22,782 nt of DNA from Octopus sinensis (lineage: Eukaryota). Positions 20,469 through 22,782 of this stretch are shown here, piece after piece. The DNA is taken from positions 1 through 22,782 of the forward strand of contig NW_021836775.1 of NCBI RefSeq assembly GCF_006345805.1, given 5' to 3'. The notes below the pieces were generated by a model, which did no database searches, was not told where the DNA came from, and worked only from the letters and a program-made list of their open reading frames with translations. Each line of letters begins with the position of its first letter. Position 1 is the first letter of the stretch. The position numbers were made by a program, and so were the translations under genes.

Positions 20469-21092
20469 GTGTGTATACACTCACACACACACATAGACGG
20501 TTTGTGCATATGGTATATAGATCGTAAAATAGTCATACGGTTTTTTTAAAGATATGTTATACGTTTTTAATTTGATTTTTAATTTTTAATTTTTAAATTT
20601 TATTTCATAAATATATTATAATATTTATATAAGTAATAATGGACTTTTTTTTTGGTTATATGTCTATATATTTATTGATAGGGAACATTTTAGATTTTTA
20701 ATTACTATATTTGTTGATTATGAATTTGATACTTATTTTATGTATTTATTATTTTATAATTATTAGATGTGAACTTAAATCTAAAATTATTAATAGTGAT
20801 TATTTTGTTAAATAATTTGGTAATTAAATATTGGAGTATAATTCAGTTAAAGATATTCGAGAGTTTATTATGTTTTTTAAAGCCAAATTATATCTTCAAA
20901 GATAAATACATATTTCTATCTATTTTTTGTACTGTAAAAATTAAATATTTAACATAATAAATCTGTTGTACGAAATAATCCTAATGTTTATTTATTAATG
21001 GAGTTTTTTCTATAAAAAATATTATTATTTTATTCATTTCTTCAATAAATATTGTTTAACTCTATTTGCTTATTTATTTAACTATTATCATT

Positions 21093-21194
21093 AACCTGAA
21101 GATTGACTATAATTTTAAATCGAATTTATTTCAATTGAATTTAAACTTAATTGTAATTCGAATTTAATTGTAGCCATGAAACAAACGTAGTGTT
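21093..21194 (+). ncRNA. Candidate type I hammerhead motif with long AT-rich stem II
   Basis: AAC-CTGAAGA(21096-21102)-T-TGACTATAATT...AATTGTAGCCA-T-GAAA(21178-21181)-C-AAAC-GTA-GTGTT. Core intact; stem I weak; U-U at the base of stem II. Confidence 0.5.
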
Positions 21195-21238
21195 TTTACT
21201 TATTATATTATATATTTATCATTCATTTCATACTTTTT

Positions 21239-21637
21239 GAGATCTAGTTATAAGTTATATGTTTTATAAAAATATATATTATTTGTTATTTATGTATTGG
21301 TTTATGTCTATCACTGTTTGAATTGCATAATAGTGGTTTTATCTCTAATTTATATTTTATATATACATATATATATACGTATGTATATAAATTAGAGAAA
21401 AACCACTATTATGCAATTCAAACAATGACAGACATGTTTGTGATCTAGTTATATGTTTTAAAAAATATATTTTATTATTTATTTTTTTAATTATGATTTG
21501 GTTTATGTCTATCATTGTTTGAATTGAATAATAGTGTTTTTTCTCTAATTTTTATATTATATATTTATATTGTGAAATTTGATTTAATACTAAATTGAAT
21601 TTTTCCCTGTAAGTTTGGAGTTACTACACCTAATATA

Positions 21638-21640
<3 letters not shown>
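21239..21640. repeat. Direct/inverted/direct arrangement of an AT-rich element tail
   Basis: 21304-21355 is inverted at 21385-21435; 21241-21351 is repeated directly at 21442-21551. Confidence 0.85.
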
Positions 21641-21670
<30 letters not shown>

Positions 21671-21672
<2 letters not shown>

Positions 21673-22014
21673 CGGAGATGCACTTGCATAGAAAATGAAT
21701 TGATCTGAGAAAAAAAAACAATTGCAGCATGGAAGATATTTGTAAGCGATTTAAGAACGCACAAAAACCGGTTAGATTCACTGCAACATTTAATTTAATT
21801 TTGATTTGTTTCAAAATATTTTTGTCGGTTTGAAACCGCGATCTGTTCACTGACAAAAATTCCGTACAGCACGAAGCTTTGTCAGTGAACAGGTCGCGGT
21901 TTCAAATCGAGGAAAATATTTTGAAACAAATTAAATTTAAATGTTGAAGTGAATCTAACCGGTTTTTGTGTGTTCTTAAATGGCTTATAAACACCTTCCA
22001 CGCTGCAATTGTTT
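21671..22014. mobile_element. Palindromic element with ~140-bp arms, each carrying a G3-C8 hammerhead-like motif
   Basis: Arms at 21716-21857 and 21878-22014 with a 20-nt spacer; right arm reads TCA-GTGAACA-G-GTCG..CGAG-GAAA-ATAT-TT-TGA. Confidence 0.75.
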
Positions 22015-22029
22015 GTGTGTGTGTGTATT

Positions 22030-22071
<42 letters not shown>

Positions 22072-22102
22072 CATCTGCCATAATATATAATATACATCTG
22101 CC

Positions 22103-22544
22103 ATAATATACATCTGGAAGATCCTGGTGGGAAGTGTCCTGAACTTTGGCATCGAGAGTTACGCAAATGCCAGAACTGGGCGCCACTGCGTGGTGCCTAG
22201 GACTCCAAACCTGCCATCAAGATGTAGGACAAGATTCTGTGATAGCCTGGGCTTCCGAGGCCCACAGCTCTTCAATATCCTCCCGAAGAACCTGAGAGAC
22301 CTGCATGGGGTGGATACAGATGTCTTTAAAATGAAGCTGGATCTCTTCTGTCAGGTGTCCCAGATGAACCAACTTCACGGCAGGAGGGACAGATGAGGGC
22401 AGCTGCATCGAACTCTCTCATGCACCAAATAGCAGTCGCTAGAAAGCCTCCATGAAGTGAAAACCAAGTAGTAGCAACACCAAAGCGGTTGCCGCAGCTT
22501 GCACAGCTCATAAGCTGACACTAGAATCAATCAATCAATCAATC
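22103..22544 (+). mobile_element. 5'-truncated LINE (CR1/L2-group-like) ORF2 C-terminus and 3' UTR with (AATC)5 tail
   Basis: YIWKILVGSVLNFG...SLGFRGPQLFNILPKNLRDL..VFKMKLDLF, then frameshifted SGVPDEP; tail at 22525-22544. Clade assignment is uncertain. Confidence 0.8.
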
Positions 22545-22555
22545 ATATATATATA

Positions 22556-22610
<55 letters not shown>

Positions 22611-22700
22611 TGTTGTTTCTGAGGAGAGTTATTTTTCTGTGCCTTATAATTTTAACACACTCACCGGTTAAAATTTCCACTTATTTCTTATTTTTCTTCT

Positions 22701-22737
22701 CTAAAATTTTCGTTGCGTCTTACAACCTTTTCAATAG
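22701..22737 (-). ncRNA. Possible U3-A8 variant minimal hammerhead motif
   Basis: Minus strand reads CTA-TTGAAAA-G-GTTG-TAAGACG-CAAC-GAAAATTT-TAG; 3-bp stem I, 4-bp stem II, palindromic AAATTT. Confidence 0.4.
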
Positions 22738-22782
22738 TCTTGACTCTACGTTATTTACACTGCGCTCCGCTTTTGTTGGTTG

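Noticed and set aside
20520-21100. Mitochondrial insertion (NUMT) suggested by extreme AT content
   Set aside because: No recognisable mitochondrial gene, tRNA or rRNA motif.

Overview
Eukaryotic, AT-rich, repeat-saturated DNA with no supportable host protein-coding gene. From memory of the SINE families (no database search), it is most likely intronic or intergenic Octopus/cephalopod DNA. It contains four tRNA-derived SINE families (some with target-site duplications, one forming a modular tandem array), three decayed mariner elements, a non-autonomous Helitron, fragments of two or three non-LTR retrotransposons, two minisatellites and many microsatellites that generate most of the listed ORFs. 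The most interesting signal is a set of minimal type I hammerhead-ribozyme motifs of the kind associated with Penelope-like elements, found in several unrelated repeats (3204, 4329/4671, 21093, 21807/21878, 22701, plus remnants at 2818 and 3832). They have short, mostly palindromic stem III regions and three different pairings at core positions 3-8 (C-G, G-C, U-A). Two occur as head-to-head inverted pairs, and one of these also carries a tRNA-like Pol III head. All structures were folded by eye and activity is untested.
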